A stretch of DNA of 64,000 nucleotides from Pseudomonadota bacterium. GTDB lineage: Bacteria; Pseudomonadota; Alphaproteobacteria; Micavibrionales; Micavibrionaceae. Of this stretch, positions 35,195 through 50,655 are shown piece by piece. Every line of letters begins with the position of its first letter. Position 1 is the first letter of the stretch. Below the pieces are notes generated by a model, which had not been told where the DNA came from, ran no database searches, and was given only the letters and a program-made list of their open reading frames with translations. Location of the stretch: NCBI GenBank assembly GCA_040386235.1, contig JAZKGA010000001.1, forward strand, positions 1,090,428-1,154,427, read 5' to 3'. The position numbers and the translations under genes were made by a program.

Positions 35195-38100
35195 TTTGGA
35201 AACCGAAAGTTGATTGCAGGTTCAGGGACAGCAGTTGCGATACGCCGCGTTCGGCCATCGTCACGCCATACAGGCGATGCATCCGCGCCATCGTCAGACG
35301 GTGGTGAGTGACGATCAGGAAACGAGTCTGTGTCGTCGCGGCAATGTGTTCCAAAACGTTGCAGACGCGATCGACGTTGGCATCGTCCAAAGGCGCGTCA
35401 ATTTCATCCAGGACGCAAAGCGGGGCGGGATTGGTCAGGAACATCGCGAAAATCAGTGCGATCGCGGTCAAGGTTTGTTCACCACCGGAAAGAAGGGACA
35501 TAGATTGCAGCGATTTGCCCGGCGGCTGGGCAAAAATTTCAAGCCCCGCAGCCAGCGGATCGTCGCCCTCCGTCAAGGCTAAGCGCGCCTGGCCGCCACC
35601 GAATAGCTGGGTGAACAGTGTCTCGAAATGGCCATTGATGATGTGAAAGCTTTTGCTTAACCGCTCGCGTGCTTCGCTGTTCAGTTTATTGACGGCGGTG
35701 CGCAGTTCTTGCACGGCCTGGGTCAGGTCCTGGGATTCCTGGATCAGCTTTTCAAGCGTCTCTGCGGTCTTGGTATATTCATCTTCGGCCAGCAGGTTGA
35801 CGGGGCCAAGCCCGTCGCGCGCGCGTTGCAATTGATCTCGTTCTTTGGTCAATGTCGCTAGATTCAGTAAATCAAGCGCGTAGGAAGCGGCAAGAATAAG
35901 TGGCGATTGATCAAAATCCTGTTCAATTTTTTCGTTCCACTCAGCTTTACGTTGGGTCGCGATTTCTACCCGTTCGCCCAGGCGCGCGCTGTTTTCCCGT
36001 GCCTGCATCAATGCTGCCTGCGCGGTTTTCAGCAGGGCATTGAGGTCGGCGTATTCTTTATCCTGGCCCTGAACATCGTCATGCAGTGTGGCAGCAAGCG
36101 TATCCTGCGCCGCGATTTTTTCATCCAGTTTTGTAATTGCCTCGGCCAGCGCATCGGGCTTGGATGTGGCAGATTGCAAGCGTTCCTGCGCAGCATCTTG
36201 CCGTTCTTGTAATTTCTGTAGCTGTTCGCGGGCGCGGATCAGGCGGTTTTGAATGCTGACGCGTTCATCTCCAATCGCCTGTACGCGTGCCTGATATCTT
36301 TTGCCATCATTTACCAATAGATCGCGGTAACTGATCGCGCTTTGCAGATTTTCCTGTGCCGCGCGCAAGGCGTCTTGCGCGTCTTGCACCTTGGTGGCCA
36401 GGGCGGTGTCTTGGGTGCTGTCCTGCAATGTCACCAGCCGATCTTTCATCGCCCCCATCTGCGTCTCAAGTGTTTTGATATCGTCCTGCAACAGGGCTTG
36501 CGCCGCTTGCTTTGCATTCCGGTCCGCGACAGATTGGGCATGCTGGTTTTTCAGCGATTGCAGCGATTGCGACGCATCGCGCAGGGCGGCTTCCTGGCTT
36601 AACCGCATTTCACGTTGTGTCGTTAAATCCTGCTCGGCTTTCGCCACATCCTGTTCCAGGGCCGCGACATGTGTCTCTGCGGCACTCAAGGCTTCACGCA
36701 GGGCAGGGGCGGTGTCATCCAATGCCTGCAACCGGTTTTTCTGGGTCAGCAGAACCGACGCGGCATCGGCCTGGGTGCGGCGTGAGGCATAACCATCCCA
36801 ACGCCAGACATGCCCCTCTTTATTCACCAAGATCTGACCGATTTGCAGTTGCGGCAGTAAGGTGGCCACATCCTTCGTATCTTCAACCACGCCGATCAGG
36901 CTTAAGGCACGAGCCAGGGCCTGCGGGGCGACAACAAGGTCGCCCATGGGGGTTACGCCGGCTGGCCACGCGTTAAATTCAGGTGAATGACCCAAATCCG
37001 CCCAGCCATGATCGCCCTTATTGCTGACAGGGGCCTGCAATGCCTCACCCAAGGCGCGCGCCAGGGCGGTGGCATAGCCGTCCCGCACCTGCATATCGGC
37101 GACAACGGCCTTTAAACGACCAGAAGGGGGTTGAGATGCGGACTCAACAATTGGCCGTAAGGATTTGATTTCGATTTCAACTTTATCAAGGTCTTCTCGT
37201 GCCGATTTCCGGGTCGTCAAAGAGGCTTCTAACGCCACACGTGCTGTTTTCACGCGGTTAAAGGCATCCTGCTCAGCCTTCACTGCGGCGGCGATGGCCG
37301 CTTCGTATGTCGTGACCTGGGTGGACAGCGCGTCCATACGCTCGGTGTCTGCGGGCGCCAGGGTTGTCTCTAATTCATTGGTCAATGTCTGCAGACGGTC
37401 TTGATAGCTGCGCAGGCGTTGGTCTTCGCGGGCCAAGGTTGCTTCGGCATCCGCGCGGGCGCTGTGCTGACGTGTCTGATCCTGCAACGCGTTTTGTAAC
37501 GTGGATTCAAGGGCGGTGGTGCTGGTCCGCAGGGCCGCCACGTCGGTTTCAGCTTGTTCCTGAACGGCATTGCCTTTTGCCAGCTTGTCCTGCAGTGACT
37601 CTGCTTCGCCGGCCAAATGCGTCAGTGTCTCTTCCAACTCAGCTTGCAGGGCTGTTTCATGCGACACATCGTTTTGCAGCTGGGTCAGCATCGTCGTTAA
37701 ATCTGCCGTTTCTTGCGCCGTTCTTTCCGCGTCTGTCACGTATTGCTGACGGGTTTGACGCATGGATTGCAATGCGGCTTTTGCCTCGGCCAGCGCTATC
37801 TGCTGTGGTTTGGCTTTTGCGGCCAGATCGTCGGCCTGTTGACTGTATTGTGTGACCGCCAGCAGGGAGGCGGCAGTTTCGGTTTCAGCCGTGCTGTATG
37901 CGTTATGCACGTCCGTCGCGGCCTGAACAGCGTCCTGCCACTGCAACAAGCTGATCTGCAAATCTGCTTCACGGATTTGTACGTTTAATTCCTTATAGCG
38001 GGTCGCCTGGCGGGCCTGGCGGCGCAATGTGCTGGCCTGATTTTCCAGGCGCTCGATCATCTCTTGCAGCTTGGTTACGTTTTCTTCGGCCGCGCGCAGG

Positions 38101-38651
38101 CGTTGTTCCGCCTCTTGCCTGCGACTGTACAGCCCCGACACGCCTGCAGCTTCTTCCAGCAACGCCCTGCGGTCTGACGGCTTGGCATTGATAATACTGG
38201 TCACCCGGCCTTGACCCACCATCGCCGCCGATGATGCGCCGGATGTCAAATCTGCAAACAAAACCTGCACATCACGGGCGCGGACGGATCGGCCATTGAT
38301 CGTGTAATTCGACCCCTGGTCGCGGTCGATCCGGCGGACAATTTCAATTTCGGGAACGGATGTATAGGGGGCAGGGGCGTTGCCGGACGCGTTGTTCAGG
38401 ACAATCGCGACTTCGGCATGATTACGGCCAGGGCGTTTGGTTGTGCCACTGAAAATGACATCGTCCATCTGGTCACCGCGCAGGTGACGCGCGTTGTTCG
38501 CACCCATGACCCAGCGCAGGCCCTCAACCAAATTGGATTTGCCGCAACCATTCGGCCCGACGATCCCCGTCAGGCCAGGCTGGATATCCAATTCGGTTCG
38601 GTCCACGAATGACTTAAAGCCATTCAGGCGCAAGCGATGAAAAGTAACCAT
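35184..38651 (-). CDS. smc: Chromosome segregation protein SMC
   Basis: N-terminal Walker A 'GIVGPNGCGKSN', about 900 aa of coiled coil with a hinge, and C-terminal 'LSGGEQTLTAIALIFAMF...CVLDEIDAPLDDANV'. Confidence 0.96.
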   Translation of the reverse strand: MVTFHRLRLNGFKSFVDRTELDIQPGLTGIVGPNGCGKSNLVEGLRWVMGANNARHLRGDQMDDVIFSGTTKRPGRNHAEVAIVLNNASGNAPAPYTSVPEIEIVRRIDRDQGSNYTINGRSVRARDVQVLFADLTSGASSAAMVGQGRVTSIINAKPSDRRALLEEAAGVSGLYSRRQEAEQRLRAAEENVTKLQEMIERLENQASTLRRQARQATRYKELNVQIREADLQISLLQWQDAVQAATDVHNAYSTAETETAASLLAVTQYSQQADDLAAKAKPQQIALAEAKAALQSMRQTRQQYVTDAERTAQETADLTTMLTQLQNDVSHETALQAELEETLTHLAGEAESLQDKLAKGNAVQEQAETDVAALRTSTTALESTLQNALQDQTRQHSARADAEATLAREDQRLRSYQDRLQTLTNELETTLAPADTERMDALSTQVTTYEAAIAAAVKAEQDAFNRVKTARVALEASLTTRKSAREDLDKVEIEIKSLRPIVESASQPPSGRLKAVVADMQVRDGYATALARALGEALQAPVSNKGDHGWADLGHSPEFNAWPAGVTPMGDLVVAPQALARALSLIGVVEDTKDVATLLPQLQIGQILVNKEGHVWRWDGYASRRTQADAASVLLTQKNRLQALDDTAPALREALSAAETHVAALEQDVAKAEQDLTTQREMRLSQEAALRDASQSLQSLKNQHAQSVADRNAKQAAQALLQDDIKTLETQMGAMKDRLVTLQDSTQDTALATKVQDAQDALRAAQENLQSAISYRDLLVNDGKRYQARVQAIGDERVSIQNRLIRAREQLQKLQERQDAAQERLQSATSKPDALAEAITKLDEKIAAQDTLAATLHDDVQGQDKEYADLNALLKTAQAALMQARENSARLGERVEIATQRKAEWNEKIEQDFDQSPLILAASYALDLLNLATLTKERDQLQRARDGLGPVNLLAEDEYTKTAETLEKLIQESQDLTQAVQELRTAVNKLNSEARERLSKSFHIINGHFETLFTQLFGGGQARLALTEGDDPLAAGLEIFAQPPGKSLQSMSLLSGGEQTLTAIALIFAMFLTNPAPLCVLDEIDAPLDDANVDRVCNVLEHIAATTQTRFLIVTHHRLTMARMHRLYGVTMAERGVSQLLSLNLQSTFGFQNAA

Positions 38652-38678
38652 AAAACCCTTGTTACGCTTATGTCAGCG

Positions 38679-39500
38679 TTATTCAACTGTCGCAGGGGTT
38701 GATGCTTCGGCTGTGCCACCTTCGGCTGCCTGAACTTCGGTTGCGATGATTTTCAGGAACTCAGCCGTCGGATATTGACCTGGAACCATCTTCGCATTTC
38801 CGCCCGTGACGAATATAAAACTTGGCGTTGCACGAACCTGATATGTTGCATCGGCATATTGCACATCGGCAATCAGCTTGGCCTTCAAATCGGCATCAGC
38901 CAGGCAGGCATCAAACGCTGCGTTGTCCAGGCCGGCCAGGGCTGTCGTTTGTTTCAGGTATTCGCGATAATTGGCTTCGAACGCCCATTTGTTCTGATCG
39001 CGATAGAATAATTCCCGCACGCCATCAGCCTTATCATCCGGTAAGCAGCGCAGCAGCATGGCGGCATCCAGGGCCGGTGCATTCAATGGGAAATCACGCT
39101 TTTCATAGGCGATCTTGTTCGTATCGATAAACTGTTTTTTGACTTCTGGCAGCGTTTGCAGCGTGTAACCAGCGCAGTGTGAACAGGTCAATGAGGTGTA
39201 TTCGATAACCCGTAATTTAGCATCAGGGTTGCCATAGACGCGCGCAGGCAGTTTGTTGGCATTGGCCAGATCAACCGGCTGGTTCGTTGCCGCGCCGGAT
39301 GTCCCCACGCCTGGGTTCGATTGGAATGTTTTGGTCGGAACAACACCGGCATCCTGGGCCGAGGTGGTGGTGGTTTCAGTGGCTTCGGGCGCAGGTGTTG
39401 CCTTCATTTTATAAGCGTAATATCCGCCAGCTGCAGCCAGTAAGATGGCCAGGACTAATATGATGCTTATCGTCGGTGATGTTTTGCCGTTTTTTGACAT
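38679..39500 (-). CDS. DsbA-family thiol:disulfide oxidoreductase
   Basis: TM anchor from the ATG at 39500 and a CxxC motif 'TSLTCSHCAGY'. Confidence 0.8.
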   Translation of the reverse strand: MSKNGKTSPTISIILVLAILLAAAGGYYAYKMKATPAPEATETTTTSAQDAGVVPTKTFQSNPGVGTSGAATNQPVDLANANKLPARVYGNPDAKLRVIEYTSLTCSHCAGYTLQTLPEVKKQFIDTNKIAYEKRDFPLNAPALDAAMLLRCLPDDKADGVRELFYRDQNKWAFEANYREYLKQTTALAGLDNAAFDACLADADLKAKLIADVQYADATYQVRATPSFIFVTGGNAKMVPGQYPTAEFLKIIATEVQAAEGGTAEASTPATVE

Positions 39501-39557
39501 TGTCTGTCTCCTTGTTTCCACCACTGGCATAGCAGGTTTAAGGCAGTAAAAGCAATG

Positions 39558-40556
39558 CTATCGCGCAGGTATCAACAGCAAATCCACACGATCGACAGGC
39601 GACGCGTTTGTTTCGCTGCCCATCGCCCGCACATCAATGCGTTCAGGGGCTACGCCCTCGGCTTTTAAATGGTCACGAATACCCAATGCGCGGTTCAGGG
39701 ACACGCGCCGCGCACTGCTCATCCCCTCATCCACCGCGGTGGCATAGGCGACGATTTGCAGGCGTGATGTGGGGTCCTGTTGCAGCCCGACAATAATATC
39801 CTGGGCCAAGACTGTTTTCTGGTTCGGCACCATGTCGGCCGCGCCAGGGGCAAAGATCAACTGTGCTGCCAAATCCTTGCTGGTGGACGTGTCAACGCGT
39901 GGCGGGGCGATATCAGGAATTTCGATAGGCTGTCCGGTCGAAGAAATAATCTGGGTCGGCACAGTTGCGGAGGGTGCCGGACGCGCCAAAGGCGGCGGCG
40001 ACACAATGGGTGCAGCAGGCGGTGCGATAGCAACAGGCTGTGGCACCACAGGTTCCTTAATAACCGGGGCAACAGGCACGGCCATCGCAGGTTCAACAGG
40101 CGCCGCAGGCTTTGGCTTCTCAACCTGTTTTTCAATAGGTTTTTCAGGCGGCTTTTCAGCTGGTTTCTCAACCGCTTTTGCGGGTGTCGGCGTCAAGGCC
40201 ATCGGGGTCATATCCGGTTTTGGCACCAGATTTGTCGCGCCTTCGGTTTTTAATACAGGCATTGGCGGCGGCGGCGCTTTGTTATCGATACCATTTAAGG
40301 CATCGGTCAGCGGTCTGGTCGCTGGGCGTTGTTCAGGTGGTGGGGCCGGGCGCGGAGCCTGAACCACAATCGGGGCGGCGGGTGGCGGCGGGGCAGGCAA
40401 AGGCGGCAATGTGGTCTCAGAGACGCTTTCCTGCGCATCTGGATCACCAAACATATCAGGGGGGACATAGCCGGAAGACGCCTGCGCATATCCTGCAACA
40501 GGCCAGATCAGGGCCAGGCAGGCCAATGCTGATTTAAGAAAGGTGGTCATCCGCAT
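39558..40556 (-). CDS. OmpA-family protein with a Pro-rich spacer
   Basis: Signal peptide 'ACLALIWPVAGYAQA', Pro-rich repeats (EKPAEKPPEKPIEKQVEKPKP) and a C-terminal OmpA_C-like segment 'RLQIVAYATAV...ARRVSLNRALGIRDHLKAEGVAPERIDVRAMG'. Confidence 0.75.
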   Translation of the reverse strand: MRMTTFLKSALACLALIWPVAGYAQASSGYVPPDMFGDPDAQESVSETTLPPLPAPPPPAAPIVVQAPRPAPPPEQRPATRPLTDALNGIDNKAPPPPMPVLKTEGATNLVPKPDMTPMALTPTPAKAVEKPAEKPPEKPIEKQVEKPKPAAPVEPAMAVPVAPVIKEPVVPQPVAIAPPAAPIVSPPPLARPAPSATVPTQIISSTGQPIEIPDIAPPRVDTSTSKDLAAQLIFAPGAADMVPNQKTVLAQDIIVGLQQDPTSRLQIVAYATAVDEGMSSARRVSLNRALGIRDHLKAEGVAPERIDVRAMGSETNASPVDRVDLLLIPAR

Positions 40557-40590
40557 GGCATCAGCATATCAGGATTGTCACCGTGCGCTA

Positions 40591-41382
40591 CTAGGCTTGA
40601 AGGATTTTTAACAGGGCTTGATCGACTGCGCCATTGGCAGCCATACCGTTTCCGCTGGTCACCGGGTCTTTGTTTTTGGCATCCAGGCTGTGGACAAACC
40701 CGCCAGCCTCGCGGACCAGGATAACGCCAGCGGCATAATCCCACGATTTGTATTGGGTGTGAACGCAGGCTTCTAAACGGCCAGCGGCGACATAGGCCAG
40801 GTCGAGGGCACAGCTGCGGAAGCTGCACAAATTTACGGCGTTGTCCTGTAATTTACGCAGGGTCTGGCTTTGATCGGCATAGGTTTTGAATGCCGCACTT
40901 GGCAAGTTTACGCCAACACGCGAAACGGCAATATCTTTCCGGCCAGACACACGCAGGCGGCGTTTGCGCATAAATGCGCCGCTGCCACGCTCGGCGTGAA
41001 ATAGCTCATCCTTCGTCGCATCGTAAATAACGCCAGCAACTGGCTCACCGTTGCGCAGCAGGCCGATGGAAATCGCCCAGTGTGGAATGCCGTGCAGGAA
41101 GTTGTCAGTGCCGTCCAGCGGGTCGATACAGAATGTGTATTCGCCGTCTTCGCCCTTCACAACACCGCTTTCTTCCATGATAAAGCCGAAAGAGGGGCGG
41201 GCGCGGGACAACTCTTTGTAAATGATTTCTTCGGCACGCCGATCAGCGGCAGAAACGAAATCATGCGGACCCTTAACCGATACCTGTAAATTATCAACCT
41301 CGTTATAATCGCGCAAAAGCGACCGCGCCGCTTTTTCCGCAGCGCCAACCATGACATTGATATTTGACGAGGTAATGGCCAT
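40591..41382 (-). CDS. suhB: Inositol monophosphatase-family protein (SuhB-like)
   Basis: 'FIMEESG', 'IDPLDGTDNFLHGIPHWAISIG' and 'WDYAAGVILVREAGG'. I use the ATG at 41382, just after the efp stop. Confidence 0.9.
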   Translation of the reverse strand: MAITSSNINVMVGAAEKAARSLLRDYNEVDNLQVSVKGPHDFVSAADRRAEEIIYKELSRARPSFGFIMEESGVVKGEDGEYTFCIDPLDGTDNFLHGIPHWAISIGLLRNGEPVAGVIYDATKDELFHAERGSGAFMRKRRLRVSGRKDIAVSRVGVNLPSAAFKTYADQSQTLRKLQDNAVNLCSFRSCALDLAYVAAGRLEACVHTQYKSWDYAAGVILVREAGGFVHSLDAKNKDPVTSGNGMAANGAVDQALLKILQA

Positions 41383-41386
41383 CAGA

Positions 41387-41953
41387 TTAATCTTTCGCTT
41401 TTTCGACGTATGAACTGTCTTCCGTCTTAACGACGATGCGTGAGCCGACATCAACATGTGGTGGAACCATCACCCGCACGCCGCCATCGACTTTTGCCGG
41501 CTTGTAAGAGGAAGACGCAGTCTGCCCTTTCACAACCGGTTCGCATTCCAAAACGCTGACGATCACCTGAGGTGGCAATGTGACATTCAGTGGCTGGCCT
41601 TCATAGGTTTCCACAGTTACTTTCATGCCGTCCTGCAGGAATGCCGCAGGATCGCCGATAATGTTGGCGGCAATCGACATCTGCTCAAAATTCTCCACAT
41701 TCATGAAAATGTGGTTGTTATCTTCGGGGTACAGATAGGTATATTCATCCTGTTCCAATGACACACGTTCCACAACTTCCTGAGTCCGGAAACGGACGCT
41801 GTCCTTATTGCCGGTTTTCAGGTCGCGCATGTCAATCTGGATCACCGATGCGCCTTTGCCAGGCTGCATGATTTCGTGTTTCATCACGGCGCATAATTTG
41901 CCGTTATATTCCACAACGTGACCGGATCGCAGGGTTATCGCACTTACTTTCAT
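41387..41953 (-). CDS. efp: Elongation factor P
   Basis: 188 aa, 'LRSGHVVEYNGKLCAVMKHEIMQPGKGASVIQIDMRDLKTGNK'. Confidence 0.95.
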   Translation of the reverse strand: MKVSAITLRSGHVVEYNGKLCAVMKHEIMQPGKGASVIQIDMRDLKTGNKDSVRFRTQEVVERVSLEQDEYTYLYPEDNNHIFMNVENFEQMSIAANIIGDPAAFLQDGMKVTVETYEGQPLNVTLPPQVIVSVLECEPVVKGQTASSSYKPAKVDGGVRVMVPPHVDVGSRIVVKTEDSSYVEKAKD

Positions 41954-41961
41954 ATCTGCAC

Positions 41962-42465
41962 CTATTGCATTGGTTTATCTGTTTTATTCTGTTTATCCGT
42001 GCGCATTATGACCGCTTTACCAAGGCGGTTAAGGCACGCGGCAAGATCAGGATCATCAATCCCGCTCAGCGCCTTTGATAAACGCTGATTTTGGGATTCC
42101 GTCAAGGGGGCGGATGGGGGCGAAGGCGAATTTTTCACGATCGGCGCCACATGTCCGGCAACGATTTTCAACTTTGTCACAAATGTGTGACCCATGACGC
42201 GGGCAATACGCGACAGGATTAAATCCTGCTGGTAATGCAGGGCGGTTGAAAAAGCGGGGTCAGCACTGATATGCAGCGTTGCCTGCTTGTCCTTATCCTT
42301 GCCGCTGACTTTCAATGTATGTGGCTGGCATGTATGGGCCAGTTCAGGGCCGACAATCTCATCCCAGCTTTCCAGCAGGCGCCCCAGCATGACCAGTCGT
42401 TTTCCGGTCGCCGTCGCGGCAACCTTGCGAATACTGGCACTGACTGGACGTAAGGGCTGATACAT
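41962..42465 (-). CDS. DUF721 (DciA-like) protein
   Basis: The N-terminus from the ATG at 42465 reads 'MYQPLRPVSASIRKV...LLESWDEIVGPELAHTCQP'. It is divergent from mutY, as is common in Alphaproteobacteria. Confidence 0.65.
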   Translation of the reverse strand: MYQPLRPVSASIRKVAATATGKRLVMLGRLLESWDEIVGPELAHTCQPHTLKVSGKDKDKQATLHISADPAFSTALHYQQDLILSRIARVMGHTFVTKLKIVAGHVAPIVKNSPSPPSAPLTESQNQRLSKALSGIDDPDLAACLNRLGKAVIMRTDKQNKTDKPMQ

Positions 42466-42480
42466 ACTACAACCCTTACC

Positions 42481-43506
42481 ATGCCCTATACCGAATTGGT
42501 AGATATCCTTCACAACTGGTATGCCGCGTCGCGCCGGCAGGCTTTGCCCTGGCGTGCCCCGCCCCAGCATTTAAACGATCCTTACCACGTCTGGCTGTCA
42601 GAAATTATGTTACAGCAGACGACTGTAAAAGCCGTTATCCCGTATTTCTTGAAGTTCACCCACGCATGGCCGCGCATTGAAGATTTGGCGGCTGCGCCGT
42701 TGGAAGATGTCCTGGATAACTGGGCGGGTCTGGGATACTACGCGCGTGCCCGTAACCTGCACAAATGCGCGCAATATGTCGTGGCCAATCATGGCGGACG
42801 GTTCCCGGAAGCATATGACGCGCTGCTGACCTTACCCGGTATAGGCCCGTACACAGCCGGGGCGATTGCAACAATTGCCTTTGGCCGCCCGGCGCCCGTT
42901 ATGGATGGGAATATCGAGCGTATTGTCGCTCGCCTGTTCTGCATTCAAGAGATGTTGCCGGCGGCCAAACCGATTTACCGATCCCATGTGGAACAGATTT
43001 TCGCAAATGATATCCAGCATCCAGGCGATATCGCCCAGGCCCTGATGGATATTGGCGCGACCATCTGCACGCCGACTGCGCCGCAATGTATGCTGTGCCC
43101 TTTGCGTTTGCATTGCTGTGCCGCAGATGCAGGCACGATGAACACCTATCCACGTAAGGCGGCGAAAGCCCCAGTGCCTGAAAAGCACGCCTATGTCTAT
43201 ATTGTTCGGAATGCGCATGGCCAGATCGCAGCGGAAAGACGGGCGGCCAAGGGCTTGCTTGGCGGCATGCTGGGCCTGCCGACCAGCGATTGGGTCACGA
43301 TCGATCAACCTTTACCTGATTTAGAACCAGGCGAGGGCGAGGTGGCCCAGGTCCGGCACGTCTTCACCCATTTTGCCCTGACATTGCATATTGTTGCGGC
43401 AGATGCGCATCCAGCCCCCGCGAATGTGGTATGGATGACGATGTCGGCGGATACGTATAAAAAGTTTCCGACATTGTTCGCGAAAGTTATAAGATTAATT
43501 GCATGA
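42481..43506 (+). CDS. mutY: A/G-specific adenine DNA glycosylase MutY
   Basis: 'LPWR...DPYHVWLSEIMLQQTTVKAVIPYF', HhH 'LPGIGPYTAGAI' and the 4Fe-4S cluster 'CTPTAPQCMLCPLRLHC'. Confidence 0.94.
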   Translation: MPYTELVDILHNWYAASRRQALPWRAPPQHLNDPYHVWLSEIMLQQTTVKAVIPYFLKFTHAWPRIEDLAAAPLEDVLDNWAGLGYYARARNLHKCAQYVVANHGGRFPEAYDALLTLPGIGPYTAGAIATIAFGRPAPVMDGNIERIVARLFCIQEMLPAAKPIYRSHVEQIFANDIQHPGDIAQALMDIGATICTPTAPQCMLCPLRLHCCAADAGTMNTYPRKAAKAPVPEKHAYVYIVRNAHGQIAAERRAAKGLLGGMLGLPTSDWVTIDQPLPDLEPGEGEVAQVRHVFTHFALTLHIVAADAHPAPANVVWMTMSADTYKKFPTLFAKVIRLIA

Positions 43507-44261
43507 GAATCTTCATCCTGACCCTGTTGTCCCTGTTTGTATTCAATCTGCCGGCCATGGCCCAGACCGAAACATATGTCCCGACCACCTGGACAAACCT
43601 GGCCCGGGCCATCTGGCATTTTGACGGTGCGGACGCTGCCGCTGTTCCCGCAATCGATACGATGCTACGGATTACCGAATGCGGTATTGTGAAGAAATAT
43701 GCGACCGATGACTTTGCCTGGAATGACATTCGCAGCAGCATGCGTAAGGTGATTGCGACCGGGAAATCGCGCTGGCCAGCCACCGTGCGGTTTACCCAGG
43801 CGGTGAATTTAGAGGCGTATGATTTCGCGTCCTTTTCATTCCCGATCACGGCCGACACCGATTGGGACAAGGTGACGCGGATGCAGATCGCCGCCAATGA
43901 TATTCGCCAGGAAAATGCTTGCAGCCTAGACATCAAAGACAGTGATCTGAAGTTGTTGCCAAGTGCCGCCAGCGTCCGCCTGGATCAAGCCTTTACGTTA
44001 AAAACAGTGGGCGTGTTAAAAGAAGTGGCGGAGAAATTCGTCGCGCAATACCCTCAAATGAACGGGGTACGCAGGGCGTATGTCACGTTTTATGTGACGC
44101 TCGATGATCTGCTTGAAATCCGTGACAACGGGAATGACCCATACCAACCGTATATGGCCGAATTCCGTGGCCGTATCGACAAGATTGAGGTCCACGCGGA
44201 TTTACAGCGGCAAAAGCCGTTGTTTATTCCCGCCATGCCACCACGGCATTCAGGCTATTGA
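43503..44261 (+). CDS. Hypothetical exported protein
   Basis: Signal peptide 'MRIFILTLLSLFVFNLPAMAQ'. Its ATG overlaps the mutY stop (ATGA). I could not assign a family. Confidence 0.6.
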   Translation: MRIFILTLLSLFVFNLPAMAQTETYVPTTWTNLARAIWHFDGADAAAVPAIDTMLRITECGIVKKYATDDFAWNDIRSSMRKVIATGKSRWPATVRFTQAVNLEAYDFASFSFPITADTDWDKVTRMQIAANDIRQENACSLDIKDSDLKLLPSAASVRLDQAFTLKTVGVLKEVAEKFVAQYPQMNGVRRAYVTFYVTLDDLLEIRDNGNDPYQPYMAEFRGRIDKIEVHADLQRQKPLFIPAMPPRHSGY

Positions 44262-44268
44262 TCTGGAT

Positions 44269-45444
<1,176 letters not shown>

Positions 45445-45452
45445 TTATAACC

Positions 45453-45544
45453 GAATCATCGCTGATTTGCCGAATCACGTCAATGAAAAATGTAGATTCA
45501 TCTAAGTGACTCAATATCTTGTGGAATCTATCCACAACAGACTC
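45453..45544 (-). promoter_or_regulatory. Cluster of six GANTC sites plus a 7-bp inverted repeat upstream of ccrM
   Basis: GANTC at 45453, 45472, 45495, 45508, 45524 and 45540. CCGAATCA occurs twice. The inverted repeat is TTGTGGA-ATCTA-TCCACAA (45519-45537). Confidence 0.6.
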
Positions 45545-46156
45545 AACATCTAGTCTTTGGCGATCAAAGCCCGGATGGGCGCATAGCTGTGGCGGTGATG
45601 CGGGGTGGGCCCGAGACGCGCTAACGCTTTTTGATGAGCAGGAACGCCATACCCCGCATTCGTGGCCCAGCCGTAATCAGGGTGGTCGTCGTGCAAACGG
45701 GCCATCAGGGCATCGCGCGCCACTTTTGCGATTATGGCTGCTGCTGCGATAGAAACGCTGATGCTGTCGCCCTTAATAATGGAAAGCGCAGGGCAGGGCA
45801 GATTTGGGTTTTCCCGCCCGTCGATCAGGGCGACGACGGGGTGACAGCCATATTGCGCGCACATGGCGTCAAAGGCGCGGCGCATCGCCAGATGGGTGGC
45901 CTGGCGGATATTGATGCTGTCAATCTCAGCGACGCTTGCAGACCCGATACCGTGCAGGCAATGCGCCTGAATAACGGTGGCCAGCGCTTCACGTTTGGCT
46001 TTGATTAAGACCTTGCTGTCATTGACTTCGGTTAACAGGCCACGCGCCGCCTGGGGAACGATGACGCAGGCAGCCATAACTGGCCCCGCCCAAGGGCCTC
46101 GGCCAACCTCATCAATCCCGCAAACAGAGCCGTTATATCGGTCTTCGTATTGGAAA

Positions 46157-49817
<3,661 letters not shown>

Positions 49818-49840
49818 TCAAATTTGGGGTTGGGCGTGAC

Positions 49841-50125
49841 TTATTCAGCAGCCTGAGCCACCACACCATCGTTCGCAGGGACGATGTTGATGACGGGACG
49901 GTTGTTGCGTGTGCGTGTGAACAGCACGTTGCCGGAGATCAGTGCAAAGATCGTGTGATCTTTGCCCAGGCCAGCATTTGTGCCTTTCATGTAACGTGTG
50001 CCGCGTTGGCGCACGATGATGCTGCCCGCAGTGACGAATTCGCCGCCGTAAGCTTTGACGCCAAGGCGCTGCGCATTTGAATCGCGACCGTTACGGGAAC
50101 TACCGCCTGCTTTTTTATGTGCCAT
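49841..50125 (-). CDS. rpmA: 50S ribosomal protein L27
   Basis: '[24 protein letters not shown]'. Confidence 0.97.
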   Translation of the reverse strand: MAHKKAGGSSRNGRDSNAQRLGVKAYGGEFVTAGSIIVRQRGTRYMKGTNAGLGKDHTIFALISGNVLFTRTRNNRPVINIVPANDGVVAQAAE

Positions 50126-50166
50126 GTTAAAATCCTTTTATAATCTGTTGTTTCAATATGCGTTTA

Positions 50167-50481
50167 TTAAGCCGCGCTGATTGCCGTGATGCGCAAAACA
50201 GTCATGTTCTGGCGGTGGCCGTTTTTGCGGCGCGAATTCTGGCGACGACGCTTTTTGAAAATAATAACTTTGTCATTGCGGTCTTGCTTGACGATTTCTG
50301 CGGTGACTTTCGCCCCCGAAACCAGCGGGCTGCCCAGCGTGGTTGTTTTGTCATCGCCGATCAGCAGGACCTGATCCAGGGTGATTTTGTCACCCTCGTT
50401 GGCTTCCAGTTTTTCGACGCGGATTTTGTCGTTGGTCTGCACCTTATATTGTTTTCCGCCTGTACGTATAATCGCAAACAT
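50167..50481 (-). CDS. rplU: 50S ribosomal protein L21
   Basis: '[14 protein letters not shown]...[21 protein letters not shown]'-type sequence. Confidence 0.96.
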   Translation of the reverse strand: MFAIIRTGGKQYKVQTNDKIRVEKLEANEGDKITLDQVLLIGDDKTTTLGSPLVSGAKVTAEIVKQDRNDKVIIFKKRRRQNSRRKNGHRQNMTVLRITAISAA

Positions 50482-50655
50482 TGTTCTGCTGCCTTTTTAT
50501 TTGTTTAGTGAGTGATGCCATTTAACCCATTTTGAATCAAATGACCACGGCTTATACCGCTATCTGGGGATAAGAGTCAATTGTTTTAGATTCCGCGGCT
50601 TGCTTGCGTAAGTCTAAGTGCGTGAAAGGGGCGTTCTGACATATCCGTTCGCCTC

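Noticed and set aside
39558-40556. OmpA-family protein as the missing Pal
   Set aside because: It has a type I signal peptide (AGYAQA|S) without a lipobox cysteine, a spacer of about 200 aa, and a location 13 kb from tolB. It is not a canonical Pal.
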